The position numbers and the translations under genes were made by a program. Shown here piece by piece: positions 9,150-18,868 of a stretch of DNA of 64,000 bases; within the stretch, counting starts at the first letter, position 1, and each line of letters starts with the position of its first letter. The notes under the pieces were generated by a model, which had not been told where the DNA came from, did not search any database, and saw nothing but the letters and a program-made list of their open reading frames with translations. This DNA is from Diplonema japonicum (Eukaryota; Protista; Euglenozoa: Diplonemea), in assembly GCA_964019335.1 (NCBI GenBank), contig OZ025665.1, positions 124,001-188,000 on the forward strand, read 5' to 3'.

Positions 9150-12074
9150 CTACGGGTGCAAAGTTGCAGTAAAGGTCTGTGTTACGGCAACGGGCAGGGT
9201 GCGGGTGACAGAGGTGAGTAAGGGAGCATAGCTCATGATCTCAACCTCGGAGAGGGAGAGCACCATGTCTATGTTGGTGATGGAGGCACTGTTCAGCTTA
9301 GTGATGTTCACGATGGTTGCGTAGACGGGTGAGGAGGGCGCGGCGGTAAGAGTGAGTGGCCCGAGCATGGCATTGCCTGGGTTGAGCTTAGGCGAGGTCC
9401 AGATGGTCTCAGACCCGAACTTGAGCGTGACAGTGACATCACGCATGCGCTGCCTGCAGCAGTCTACTCTATTAAAGAGCACCACGGAGTGTATATACGT
9501 CGGCTTAGGCAGTGTGATGGACAACCACGGTGCAGGGTCCTGGTTCGGGATCATCGACTCTGTCATGCTGTAGTCAACCTCTCTCGGCCTGGGGCAAATC
9601 ACTCTGTTGATGACAGTGCCTGCCCCGCACCCTGCGCATCCTGCTGCCACCGACGACTGATTCACCACCCCCGTCCATGCCACATTCCATAATTTCTGGT
9701 CATCCTCGGGTTCGAACGGCGGTGCGGCGGGAACGCTCTCCACCGGGACAGGCGCAGTGGGTGTGCCTTCTGTACTGTCCGACTGCACGGGCTCTATCCC
9801 GCACCAGATCTCAATCTCCGCGATGTTCAGTATGCTGTCCATCCCGTTGGGGTTGGTCTTGATGCCGGGCTTCTTGTAAAGCACAAGCCTGTCGATCACG
9901 ATGAGCGGATAATGGTACCGCCGGATGATGGGTGGGGAGTTCCATTCGTTGTCCACGTTCATCATCTCGCTGCGGTATTGAACCGTTCCATTCAGGCTCA
10001 GCTCATAGATCAGGTTGGAGAACCTGTGTTGGCAGCAGTCAAGCCTATTGTAGAACTCGATCTTGTACACAGCATACGGTCTGGAGAAGTCGACCGCCCA
10101 CCAAGGGTTGGTGTCCAAGGGGTGGCTGTACGACGTCATCGCGATGTTCGCTGTCGCATTCTTGTCACCGTCTATGGCCGCACCCGAGCGGCAGGTGCTG
10201 CATCCCTTGGGAGATGACGATTGATACGAAATACCGCCTCTAGCGACGTTCACCAGCTTCTTCTTGTCAAAGCTCGCCACTGTGACATTCACACCTAGAG
10301 GAGCATCTGTATCTGTTGCATTCTCCACATGAAACTCCGCCGGGAAGACGCCTTCCGTCAAACCAAACACCACCACCTCCCTGCTCCGATCCCCTTCATC
10401 AAACATCACCGTTTGCGGATCTACCGTCACACCCGTCTGGTTTACTTTAATAGTGACTGCCAACGAGTAGTTCAATGCCTCGGTGAGGGTCAGTATCCAC
10501 TTTACAAGACGGCCTTCCATAATAGAAGTCTCCCCAATGAAATCCATCCATATCCGGGATTGCAACGAGAACGTTAACGGGAGCTGCTTCGGAGTGTTGT
10601 ACTCCGATCCGGCAGTGCCATGCTTCCTGAAGTAAAGGGGGAGAACGAAACCCCCGCCCTTCATAGGCGCGGCAAAGCTCGAGGCTGAGTACCGTGTCTC
10701 ATTGGAACTGTCTGTAAAGGTTTCGTCGGCTACGAAGGTTACGTTTTGCTTTGTAGGGGTATCTGAGGTGAACACAACCTTTTCTGGGTCAAAACGGACG
10801 CCAGACGCGAACAGTGTCAAGGCCAGGGCTTTGTTCTGGGAAGGGCTGTCGGAGATTTCGATAGTTAGCACACCCGACTCATTAAAATGGACTCTAGGAA
10901 CGCCCCCAGGAACTGTAATATTCTTTGGGACGTACCTTGCGTGCAGGTCACAAAACGTGGATACCTTGCGGACCTGGTCCATGGACCACGGGAGGTGCAG
11001 ATCTTCTCTGAAGCGAAGCTGACAAGAGTGCATATCCGGACGGCGGGCATCGTGTATGATGCCGATGCAGAAACCTTGCTCTTCACATTTTGTTTTACAG
11101 TTCGAGAGAGGGATCCCGCACCCATCGTAGTGGTCAACGCATTCCCTGTCCCAGATGGGGCTGACACATCTAAAGTCCAAGCAGACAGTTTTATTGGCAG
11201 GGCCGTATGGGCACCGGCACCGCCCAGTGCGATCGTCAACGAGGAGCCCCACCTCACACATTTGATGAGAGGACGGGTAAACACCGCAGGCTACATATTC
11301 AGGAGGCTCCGGCTGAGGGGTCACTGGCAGCGTGGCAGTGGGCGGTGCTTCGGGAACCACGGGCTCAACAGGCGGAGGGAGCACAATGTCCAACGGAGGC
11401 TTCGGAGCAGCAAGGTCTAAATCAATGTAGAGCTGTGATATCAAGACAAGACCGTATTGTCGAAACGACGATGCTGTCCGTTCCTCTGGCCCTGCTGTGA
11501 AGTCCTTCAGCACCACCGAAGAGAGTCTGGAGACTGCAGAGGCGGTCTGCTTCCCGTCTTCAAGACCGATCAACTGGAAATAGACGTTAACGCTGCCCCC
11601 CCAAACCTCCCATATGAAGATCGATGACGACGGGACACCTGCTTCAACAGAAACAGCTTCGATGAAGTACTCGTCCCGCCATAGCTCAATGGCACCTTGG
11701 AAGGAAAGATACATGACAGTGGAGTTGCCCGCACCGCTTTCACCTGTTTCATAAGTCTGCTGGCTCCGTGTGAACATCAGAACCATCAGCATGATGAAGA
11801 TCCCAAGCATGATCAGAATCAACAAGATCCTTGCCACCCACTTCCCCCTCTGTATCCCTTTGCTCCTGTCCTCTACCTTAAACCGAATGATCGGCACAAA
11901 CCCCCTTGGATCGTTGTAATTCCTCACCCCTGCGGCTTTCCCTTCTCCAATACCGAGGCATTTCTTATTCGCATTCACTGTGTCTGCTTCATTCAAGGTC
12001 GGCGACGCCGCTTCTTCAGGCTCGTTGTCGGGTGCAGCATCTTCTTTCGCCTCTTCCATCACCTGCATAGGCAT
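9150..12074 (-). CDS. Type II membrane protein with SEA-like region and two F-type lectin (FTP / F5/8-type C fold) domains, 974 aa
   Basis: Single N-terminal TM (ILLILIMLGIFIMLMVLMF), GGSVNVYF, a Cys-rich segment, and two domains with PWWAVD..NRLDCCQHR and PWLSIT..NRVDCCRQR. The track's TTG start is replaced by ATG 12074, which follows a TTTTTTTCTCAG acceptor. Confidence 0.8.
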   Translation of the reverse strand: MPMQVMEEAKEDAAPDNEPEEAASPTLNEADTVNANKKCLGIGEGKAAGVRNYNDPRGFVPIIRFKVEDRSKGIQRGKWVARILLILIMLGIFIMLMVLMFTRSQQTYETGESGAGNSTVMYLSFQGAIELWRDEYFIEAVSVEAGVPSSSIFIWEVWGGSVNVYFQLIGLEDGKQTASAVSRLSSVVLKDFTAGPEERTASSFRQYGLVLISQLYIDLDLAAPKPPLDIVLPPPVEPVVPEAPPTATLPVTPQPEPPEYVACGVYPSSHQMCEVGLLVDDRTGRCRCPYGPANKTVCLDFRCVSPIWDRECVDHYDGCGIPLSNCKTKCEEQGFCIGIIHDARRPDMHSCQLRFREDLHLPWSMDQVRKVSTFCDLHARYVPKNITVPGGVPRVHFNESGVLTIEISDSPSQNKALALTLFASGVRFDPEKVVFTSDTPTKQNVTFVADETFTDSSNETRYSASSFAAPMKGGGFVLPLYFRKHGTAGSEYNTPKQLPLTFSLQSRIWMDFIGETSIMEGRLVKWILTLTEALNYSLAVTIKVNQTGVTVDPQTVMFDEGDRSREVVVFGLTEGVFPAEFHVENATDTDAPLGVNVTVASFDKKKLVNVARGGISYQSSSPKGCSTCRSGAAIDGDKNATANIAMTSYSHPLDTNPWWAVDFSRPYAVYKIEFYNRLDCCQHRFSNLIYELSLNGTVQYRSEMMNVDNEWNSPPIIRRYHYPLIVIDRLVLYKKPGIKTNPNGMDSILNIAEIEIWCGIEPVQSDSTEGTPTAPVPVESVPAAPPFEPEDDQKLWNVAWTGVVNQSSVAAGCAGCGAGTVINRVICPRPREVDYSMTESMIPNQDPAPWLSITLPKPTYIHSVVLFNRVDCCRQRMRDVTVTLKFGSETIWTSPKLNPGNAMLGPLTLTAAPSSPVYATIVNITKLNSASITNIDMVLSLSEVEIMSYAPLLTSVTRTLPVAVTQTFTATLHP

Positions 12075-12185
12075 CGTGGGGGGGATCTGAGAAAAAAACT
12101 TTTCTTCCTGTTCGTTCAATTTCCTTGCTGGAAAGAAGGGAATTTATAAACGTAAAGAACGACATCGAGAGGAAAAAGATAATGC

Positions 12186-15100
12186 TCACACTGAGATCAC
12201 TCCGTGCTCGTTACACCTGGTGCTGTCTTTGACGCGGGAACGCAAGCTTTTTGGAATGTTTGTTGCTTCCAAAGTTATGTTAGTCAGTGAGGGAGAGGAG
12301 GATGTCAGTGCAATGAGTGCTTTGCCAGCAGGCGTGCTCAGCTCAGGGTTGTAGTCGAGAGACACTGAGCGTAGGGAAGGGAGAGAGGAGAGGATAGAAC
12401 AGAGACCCACCACGTGCTCATTAGTCAGGTTGATATTCGATAAGGAAAGAGCTTCAAGGTAAGGTGCCGAAGAAAGCGAGCTGACAAGAGCAAGGATGTG
12501 GGGGTCGGTCAGACACATCCCAGACGCATCGAGCACAGGCGAGGCCTCGGACAAGTGTGACAGGACAGAGGCTAGCACAGCATTCGGCTTCAAAAAATGT
12601 TTCTTACACGTTGCTACATAAGCCCCGTTCACTTCATTCTCCTTCAGTAGGTTCCGACTTTTTGTCACATTCTTCAACCTTCGTGTCAGACTAAGGGACT
12701 CATCTTTCAGGATTTCGTACTCATTTCTTTTCCCTCTCGTCCACTTGAGGCGGTGCAGTTCTCGATTCTTTTCCTTTTCTTCCATCCTCGACTTTAGTCT
12801 CTTGATCTCCCTTTCTCTCTCTTGCTCCTCCGCCGCTTTCTCTGACTCGTGTCGAAGCACCTCCTTCCAATACTGTATTTCTTCGTGCGTGTCTGTGAGC
12901 TCAGCCTTCTCTTGTCGCGCCACATAGTCTCTGTACGTTTCCTCCTCGTTCAGTATGTCCCTGCACCTCCTGAAGAGGTCGATAGTGCTAGCGTGTTCTA
13001 GACGTGAAACGTAGTGAAAACCGATCGCGAATCTGACCAAAAGGGTTTTTATAGTAGTAAAATGTTGTGCTTCCACCAAACCACGGCAATACGTCTCTTC
13101 AATAGCGAGGTCCTTATGAGCAGTGATGCACGAGGCGAGGTACTGACGCACAGCACTTGCACGGAGTACAGCTTGAACCAACTTGATAGCCTTCTGTGTC
13201 CTGAGAATACTGGTCCTCAGCGAGGCTGTTTTCTGCCTCGCAGCAGCCTGCACCACACGCGCGCAGTGAAGCAGTGTTCTGACGAACGATCTCGCTTTGC
13301 TACCTTTGAAGTTCACCTGTATCATCAGAGCACTTTCGTTCTCAAGAATGCTCCTGTAGGCCTGGCTCCTGTCTGCTTTCAGTTTGCAGACCCTTTCTTT
13401 ACTCTTCGCAACTAACCAGCTCCTCGCAACCCGTCCTGCCGCTTGCCATCTTCTCTCCTTTACTAGGCCGTTCCTTGCGTTGTACCCACGTCCTATTCTT
13501 TGCAACCTGCACTCCGATACCTCATCGTTGTCGGGTGTCATCAACCCCAGTGCTATGTTGGTGTCGAGCCCAGCGTCCATCAGCATGGACAGCCAGTCAG
13601 GTTCAGTGGCGAGCAGAGGGGACATCGTTGATTGCATTTGGCCTGAGGCCGTCGATCCAAATGAGTGGCACCACACCATTTGGGGTGACCCTAGCGACAA
13701 GGGTGCAGGCGTCACGGGGTCGTTACCTGCGGGGTCTATGGTCGATGTAGGTGTTGTGGGGTCGTGGCATGAGGTCAATGCAGGTGACAAGGGGTCCAGG
13801 GTCAATACAAGTGTTGCGGTGTCGTGGGGTAAGGTCAGTGCAGGTGTCACAGGATCGCTGAGTAATACCTCCAGCCACTCTGCGTCGCTCACCATGCGCA
13901 GTACTTCTAAGTTACGGAGTGACGTCGTTTCGGCTTCAGTCACTTTCAACTCATCGCCCCATTCCTGTTTTGGTTTTTGTTCCCCTTCCCGTAAGTCAGG
14001 GATGGATTCCTCCACTCCACTGTTTGTAAGGTTCTGCTTATTCTCCAGGACGTCCTGTGGCGGTGCTGCTGCGTTTGGCAGGTCTTCAAGACCTTTGTGA
14101 TGTTCAGACAAGGCATGCTCATGTACTTCTGACTCATTCATCTCTGTATTCTTCTGCTCACCTTGCGTATCCCTAGCTTCTAAGGTACTGTCTTGTTTTG
14201 CACATTGTGGCTTATCAGTCTCAACTGCTTCCACGTCGTGCTTCGTTTCTACTTCAAGAGGTTCCTCTGCTCCCTTCAATGGTGGCACGTCCATGTCTTC
14301 TTCAGTTTGGGCCGCACCCGACACGTCCTTTGCTCCTGTTGCTTCTTGTTGACCGCCATCATGGGGTTCCTCAGGCTGTGATTCTTTGTTCACAATCGAT
14401 TCCTTGGCTTCGTCCTCCACGACACCTTCCGCCTTCTCTACCTGCTCCCGAAGTAGTACTTCTTCAGGCTCCTGTTGTTTACTTTCTTGCTTTTCTGTGA
14501 TGCATTCAGGTTCCCTCGCAAGTTCATGTTGTGTGTCAACTACAACAGGCTGCTCAGCTGCTTGCTTGGGGTTTTGTTGTTCTGCACTACTGAAACCAGA
14601 CTCGCGAATGTCCTCCATTTTCAGGATGTTTTCCAGCCACTCTGACGCACCTGCAAGCCCAACAGTAGCCAGCCAGGGGTATTCTGCTTCCGAAATACTT
14701 GCCATTTTTAGTATGGGATGGATGGCTTCTGGCTCCGCTAGCGTTACTTCCTGTGAATCAGCCTTCTCTGCCGCTTCAGGTTCGTCTGGTACTTCGGTAG
14801 CTAGGTCTTGGGGTTCATTTTCATCATTGCGATTTCCATGAGTGTCATTTCCGCAAGGTTTGGCCTCAAGCACTTCATCCGTTTTCTCACCAGCGCTCTT
14901 ATCTGCTGCCTTTTCAGTTTCTGCTTCCGTATCTCTTTCCCCATCTGATTTCCTATCTCCCCTTTCTACTTCAGCTATTTCATCTTCCTTTGTTTTCTTG
15001 GCTGCCTCTTCCTTTGGGGAATCTTCTTCAACTTCTGCTTCCTCGGTTACGTCTTCCTTGGATACTGGCTCTGCTTCTACTTCTTCTTTGCATATTGGCT

Positions 15101-17108
15101 CTGCTTCTACCTCTTCCTGCAATAATAGCTCTGCTTCTACTTCTTCCTTTGATATTGGCTCTGCTTCTACCTCTTCCTTCGATATAGGCTCTGCTTCTAC
15201 TTCTTTGCATATTGGCTCTGCTTCTACTTCTTCCTCTGATATAGGCTCTGCTTCAACCTCTTCCTTGGATATAGGCTCTGCTTCTACTTCTTCTTTGCAT
15301 ATTGGCTCTGCTTCTACTTCTTCCTTCAATAATAGCTCTGCTTCTACCTCTTCCTTTGATATAGGCTCTGCTTCTGCCTCTTCCTTACATATTTGCTCTG
15401 CTTCTACTTCTTCCCTCGACATTGGCTCTGCTTCTACCTCTTCCTTCGATATAGGCTCTGCTTCTACTTCTTTGCATATTGGCTCTGCTTCTACTTCTTC
15501 CTCTGATATAGGCTCTGCTTCAACCTCTTCCTTGGATATAGGCTCTGCTTCTACTTCTTCTTTGCATATTGGCTCTGCTTCTACTTCTTCCTTCAATAAT
15601 AGCTCTGCTTCTACTTCTTCCTTTGATATTGGCTCTGCTTCTGCCTCTTCCTTACATATTTGCTCTGCTTCTACTTCTTCCTTCGACATTGGCTCTGCTT
15701 CTACCTCTTCCTTTGATATAGGCTCTGCTTCTACTTCTTCTTTGCATATTAGCTCTGCTTCAACCTCTCCCTTCGATATTGGCTCTGCTTCTGCCTCTTC
15801 CTTCGAATTAGGCTCTGCTTCTACTTCTGCTTCTTTCTCCACCGGTTCATCTTTCTCAGCGCCCTCTTCCGTAATCTTCTCTGCTTCCACATCTTCTATT
15901 TCAGCTTCAACACCCCTTTCCGATTCCCCACCAGCTTGTTTCGCCGTAAGCGTCTCGGAGGACTCTTCTTCTTGTGCAGGTTCTGTCTCAGCAGGCTCGT
16001 GTTCCGGATCCGCAATAGCTGAAGGCACAAGAGCTTGCTCTTCTGGTGAGCTGACCGCACATAGGGGCGGCGTCTCTTGCGGCAGTGTTTGAGTAGTGTT
16101 GGTACTGTTGAAGTCAGCCGGCTGCCTGTCCACAGGGTCGGTTTGCGCAACATCGTTGTTGTTGATAAGAAGGGGCTCCTCGACTGGGTCAGCAAGGCCA
16201 CGAATGGCGGCCACCTGATCGTTGTTCAGCACTTGTTCTGCGCCGGTGCACTCCATACTGGTTGCACGCTCCATGCTGGCTGTACGCTCCATACTGGCTG
16301 CACGCTCCATGCTGGCCCGTGCACGATGGAGCACTCCGGCAAGCCAGCAGCGGGTTTTATACCCCCGGCCTACTTTGTTCAGCCTGCGTACAACTCTTCG
16401 TTTCTTCCACCTTCTATAGCACAGCTGAATAGCCATGGCAGAACGGCATGCGATTTGGTGCACCCTGCGCCTCTCGGCTGAGTTCAGCTGGGCCTTGATC
16501 GAGGAGACGGTGGGCTGTTGCTGTTTTGTAATAGCCTGGACGTCAAGAGCTTGCTGAAAAACGGAAATGGCCTCGGTGTACCGCTCGAGATTGACCAAGA
16601 GACAACCTAAGTTAACCAAACAAGTGAGCTGCTGGGGGATTGGAGCGCGATCCAGGAAGTAGCGGTAGAACTCCCTGCTGCTACACAAGTTGTTCGTCCA
16701 GCTAAGGCCTTTAGGCTTGGAAGACTTCCCCAGCACGTAGTAGATGTACGCCATATTGTTCAGAGAAACTAGGTGCTCAGGGACCATTGGTATCTGCAAG
16801 GTGAGAGAATAGGCTTCCTCATAGATCTTTTTAGCATCAAGCAGTCTCTGCCTTGCTAGTAGTACGTCTCCCATCACGTTGAGGGACTTTGCTAGTTCCA
16901 TCTGCCCTTCTTCGCTCGTTTCCTGCCTTGCTGCTTTGATGGACACATCAAGGTACCTGGCTGCTTCTTCTATGAGACCCTGAGCCAGCCTACTCTCCCC
17001 CTTCGCACGATACACAGTTGCAGCATCCACCCCTCTCTCTGAGAGAGAACACGAAGAACTCCCACTGTAGGAACCAGTACTTTGCGGGAGCACATTCTTG
17101 AAGCTCAT
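12186..17108 (-). CDS. Large TPR + IQ + Glu-rich repeat + RNI-like LRR protein, 1640 aa
   Basis: N-terminal TPRs (SLNVMGDV, SLNNMAYIY, LVNLGCLL), IQ-like motifs (IQLCYRRW, LQRIGRGY, IQVNFKG), C-terminal LRRs (LEALSLSNINL, LRSVSLDYN). First ATG at 17108. Confidence 0.8.
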   Translation of the reverse strand: MSFKNVLPQSTGSYSGSSSCSLSERGVDAATVYRAKGESRLAQGLIEEAARYLDVSIKAARQETSEEGQMELAKSLNVMGDVLLARQRLLDAKKIYEEAYSLTLQIPMVPEHLVSLNNMAYIYYVLGKSSKPKGLSWTNNLCSSREFYRYFLDRAPIPQQLTCLVNLGCLLVNLERYTEAISVFQQALDVQAITKQQQPTVSSIKAQLNSAERRRVHQIACRSAMAIQLCYRRWKKRRVVRRLNKVGRGYKTRCWLAGVLHRARASMERAASMERTASMERATSMECTGAEQVLNNDQVAAIRGLADPVEEPLLINNNDVAQTDPVDRQPADFNSTNTTQTLPQETPPLCAVSSPEEQALVPSAIADPEHEPAETEPAQEEESSETLTAKQAGGESERGVEAEIEDVEAEKITEEGAEKDEPVEKEAEVEAEPNSKEEAEAEPISKGEVEAELICKEEVEAEPISKEEVEAEPMSKEEVEAEQICKEEAEAEPISKEEVEAELLLKEEVEAEPICKEEVEAEPISKEEVEAEPISEEEVEAEPICKEVEAEPISKEEVEAEPMSREEVEAEQICKEEAEAEPISKEEVEAELLLKEEVEAEPICKEEVEAEPISKEEVEAEPISEEEVEAEPICKEVEAEPISKEEVEAEPISKEEVEAELLLQEEVEAEPICKEEVEAEPVSKEDVTEEAEVEEDSPKEEAAKKTKEDEIAEVERGDRKSDGERDTEAETEKAADKSAGEKTDEVLEAKPCGNDTHGNRNDENEPQDLATEVPDEPEAAEKADSQEVTLAEPEAIHPILKMASISEAEYPWLATVGLAGASEWLENILKMEDIRESGFSSAEQQNPKQAAEQPVVVDTQHELAREPECITEKQESKQQEPEEVLLREQVEKAEGVVEDEAKESIVNKESQPEEPHDGGQQEATGAKDVSGAAQTEEDMDVPPLKGAEEPLEVETKHDVEAVETDKPQCAKQDSTLEARDTQGEQKNTEMNESEVHEHALSEHHKGLEDLPNAAAPPQDVLENKQNLTNSGVEESIPDLREGEQKPKQEWGDELKVTEAETTSLRNLEVLRMVSDAEWLEVLLSDPVTPALTLPHDTATLVLTLDPLSPALTSCHDPTTPTSTIDPAGNDPVTPAPLSLGSPQMVWCHSFGSTASGQMQSTMSPLLATEPDWLSMLMDAGLDTNIALGLMTPDNDEVSECRLQRIGRGYNARNGLVKERRWQAAGRVARSWLVAKSKERVCKLKADRSQAYRSILENESALMIQVNFKGSKARSFVRTLLHCARVVQAAARQKTASLRTSILRTQKAIKLVQAVLRASAVRQYLASCITAHKDLAIEETYCRGLVEAQHFTTIKTLLVRFAIGFHYVSRLEHASTIDLFRRCRDILNEEETYRDYVARQEKAELTDTHEEIQYWKEVLRHESEKAAEEQEREREIKRLKSRMEEKEKNRELHRLKWTRGKRNEYEILKDESLSLTRRLKNVTKSRNLLKENEVNGAYVATCKKHFLKPNAVLASVLSHLSEASPVLDASGMCLTDPHILALVSSLSSAPYLEALSLSNINLTNEHVVGLCSILSSLPSLRSVSLDYNPELSTPAGKALIALTSSSPSLTNITLEATNIPKSLRSRVKDSTRCNEHGVISV
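15050..15830. repeat. Coding 30-bp tandem repeat (EEVEAEPISK)n, about 26 units, with a 267-bp higher-order duplication
   Basis: Unit ggctctgcttctacttcttc... recurs every 30 nt. The variant series PISK,PMS,QICK,PISK,LLLK,PICK,PISK,PISE,PICK occurs twice; the two Met-Ser markers at 15418 and 15685 are 267 nt apart. Confidence 0.95.
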
Positions 17109-17476
17109 AGCGGCTTCCCACCAGTCCACCCACTGTATGTTGTATAAACAAGAACAGAAAGAAGAGAAAAAAAAGGGAAAGCATAAAGGCCACGTTCCTT
17201 CCTATGTGACCGGCAGACGTAAGGTGAGACGCGCGAATAACTCAGGCAATCTAACAGCTACTAGTGCGTGTCTGCCAGTTAGAAAAGGAGACAAGTGCAA
17301 TACCAATTAAGAGCGGCTTTTAAGGCACTCAAAGGACAACGATCTATTAAGTGGAAAAAAAAAAGAAAGAAATCTAATCAATCTGGCTGCTGTCTTCCAA
17401 TTGTGGTTCTGAGTTGTGGACGGAGGGGGGCGTCGAGCTCGGCATATCCTGTTTTATTTATTTCACCACCCCCTTT

Positions 17477-18583
17477 TCATACCACTATCTCATATTCGAT
17501 CTCCCCACAAAAGGCGAAGCCTCTGCTTGTGCTATTTGTCGCCATGTCCTTCTGTGCCGCATCAGCACCCATCACTTGCAAGCAGCCGTCTTCTTGTACA
17601 ACAAGCGAATCTGCTCTGTCGTAGGTGATGGCCTGCATGTCGTCAGGAGAGTGGATTAATATGGTAACACTGGTGTTGGCAGGGATGAGAAGAGCAGTGG
17701 TGATGGGGAGCGAGAAGGGATCCACGGTAGGGGCAGGGATGATACCAGTCTCTGAGACAGGCGACCAGCGATTCGGAGCGTGCAGCATACGGTCAGAGAC
17801 CTCAATGCACTTATACGCGGTGATTCTTGCTGGGTTCACGGCCCGTGAGCCGAATGTGACGCCTGTTATCCTCACCATTACATTGGCATGGATGGCAAAG
17901 GCAAGGCCGTACATCTCGTACCTCGCAGAGAGGGGCGAGGCTCGTGTTTTCAACACTCTGGAGAGGCCGCCGCCACCTCCTGTACCTTCCCTTAGCATAG
18001 TTTGTATCTGGTTCTGCAGTCTGTCCCTTTCCGCTGTCACATTTGCAAGCTCCTTCCGTATTTGCTCCACCGCAGTCATTGAAACGTCTGGTTTCCGAAG
18101 ATATTCCCACACGTGGGAGGTTCTATACGAGTTCAGTTGCACGAAAACCTGCATTTTCCCTGTCTCGGTTGTGATCCTCGTTACGCTCCCTGCCTTCCAT
18201 TCGGAGGCGAGGTCGTCCCTCACCTCTACCATGTCCCCGACCTGCACACCGCTTGCCAAGTGCAACCTTCCAATTGCGTCTTTGAAGAGATCTTCAGTCA
18301 GAGCGCCGCCTTCCAACGCAGTCCTGAGGAGGGCCAGACGGTCCTCGTCAGCTTTGAAAGGATCTTCTGCAACTAAACGGCTCACAGCCTGCTGGTATTC
18401 ATCCTGCGACAAAGCTCCTACGTCAAGAGCGACCTTCAGTGCGTCAAGTTTTGCATTGTCGACGGACTCGTCTGCCTGCTGCCCACCTTGAAACCAAACA
18501 GTGACGCTCTCACGCTGCAACAGTGCCTCCAATGCCTGGTCGGTGACCTTGGAGGCGTCCAGAAGCACAAGACGGTCAGACAT
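17477..18583 (-). CDS. Hypothetical protein with two SHOCT-like motifs, a Tudor/Agenet-like domain, a coiled coil and a C-terminal beta domain
   Basis: LDVGALSQDEYQQAVSRL and LEGGALTEDLFKDAIGRL (SHOCT-like); VQVGDMVEVRD..W..GSV (Tudor/Agenet-like). 368 aa intact ORF. Confidence 0.7.
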   Translation of the reverse strand: MSDRLVLLDASKVTDQALEALLQRESVTVWFQGGQQADESVDNAKLDALKVALDVGALSQDEYQQAVSRLVAEDPFKADEDRLALLRTALEGGALTEDLFKDAIGRLHLASGVQVGDMVEVRDDLASEWKAGSVTRITTETGKMQVFVQLNSYRTSHVWEYLRKPDVSMTAVEQIRKELANVTAERDRLQNQIQTMLREGTGGGGGLSRVLKTRASPLSARYEMYGLAFAIHANVMVRITGVTFGSRAVNPARITAYKCIEVSDRMLHAPNRWSPVSETGIIPAPTVDPFSLPITTALLIPANTSVTILIHSPDDMQAITYDRADSLVVQEDGCLQVMGADAAQKDMATNSTSRGFAFCGEIEYEIVV

Positions 18584-18609
18584 TTGCTCCTGAGAGAGTA
18601 TAGCGATGG

Positions 18610-18837
18610 GAGAAAGAGAAAGAGAAAGAGAAAGAGAAAGAGAAAGAGAAAGAGAAAGAGAAAGAGAAAGAGAAAGAGAAAGAGAAAGAGAAAGAGAAAG
18701 AGAAAGAGAAAGAGAAAGAGAAAGAGAAAGAGAAAGAGAAAGAGAAAGAGAAAGAGAAAGAGAAAGAGAAAGAGAAAGAGAAAGAGAAAGAGAAAGAGAA
18801 AGAGAAAGAGAAAGAGAAAGAGAAAGAGAAAGAGAAA
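18610..18837. repeat. (GAGAAA)38 perfect microsatellite
   Basis: 228 nt of uninterrupted hexamer; reads (TTTCTC)n on the coding strand. Confidence 0.98.
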
Positions 18838-18868
18838 AAGGTTACGGTAATCGATGTGTGTAAACACA

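Noticed and set aside
15050-15830. CRISPR-like array
   Set aside because: Contiguous in-frame coding tandem repeat with no unique spacers, in a eukaryotic gene.
14842-16092. 416-aa Ser-rich plus-strand ORF and other long antisense ORFs
   Set aside because: Mirror frames of minus-strand genes and their repeats.
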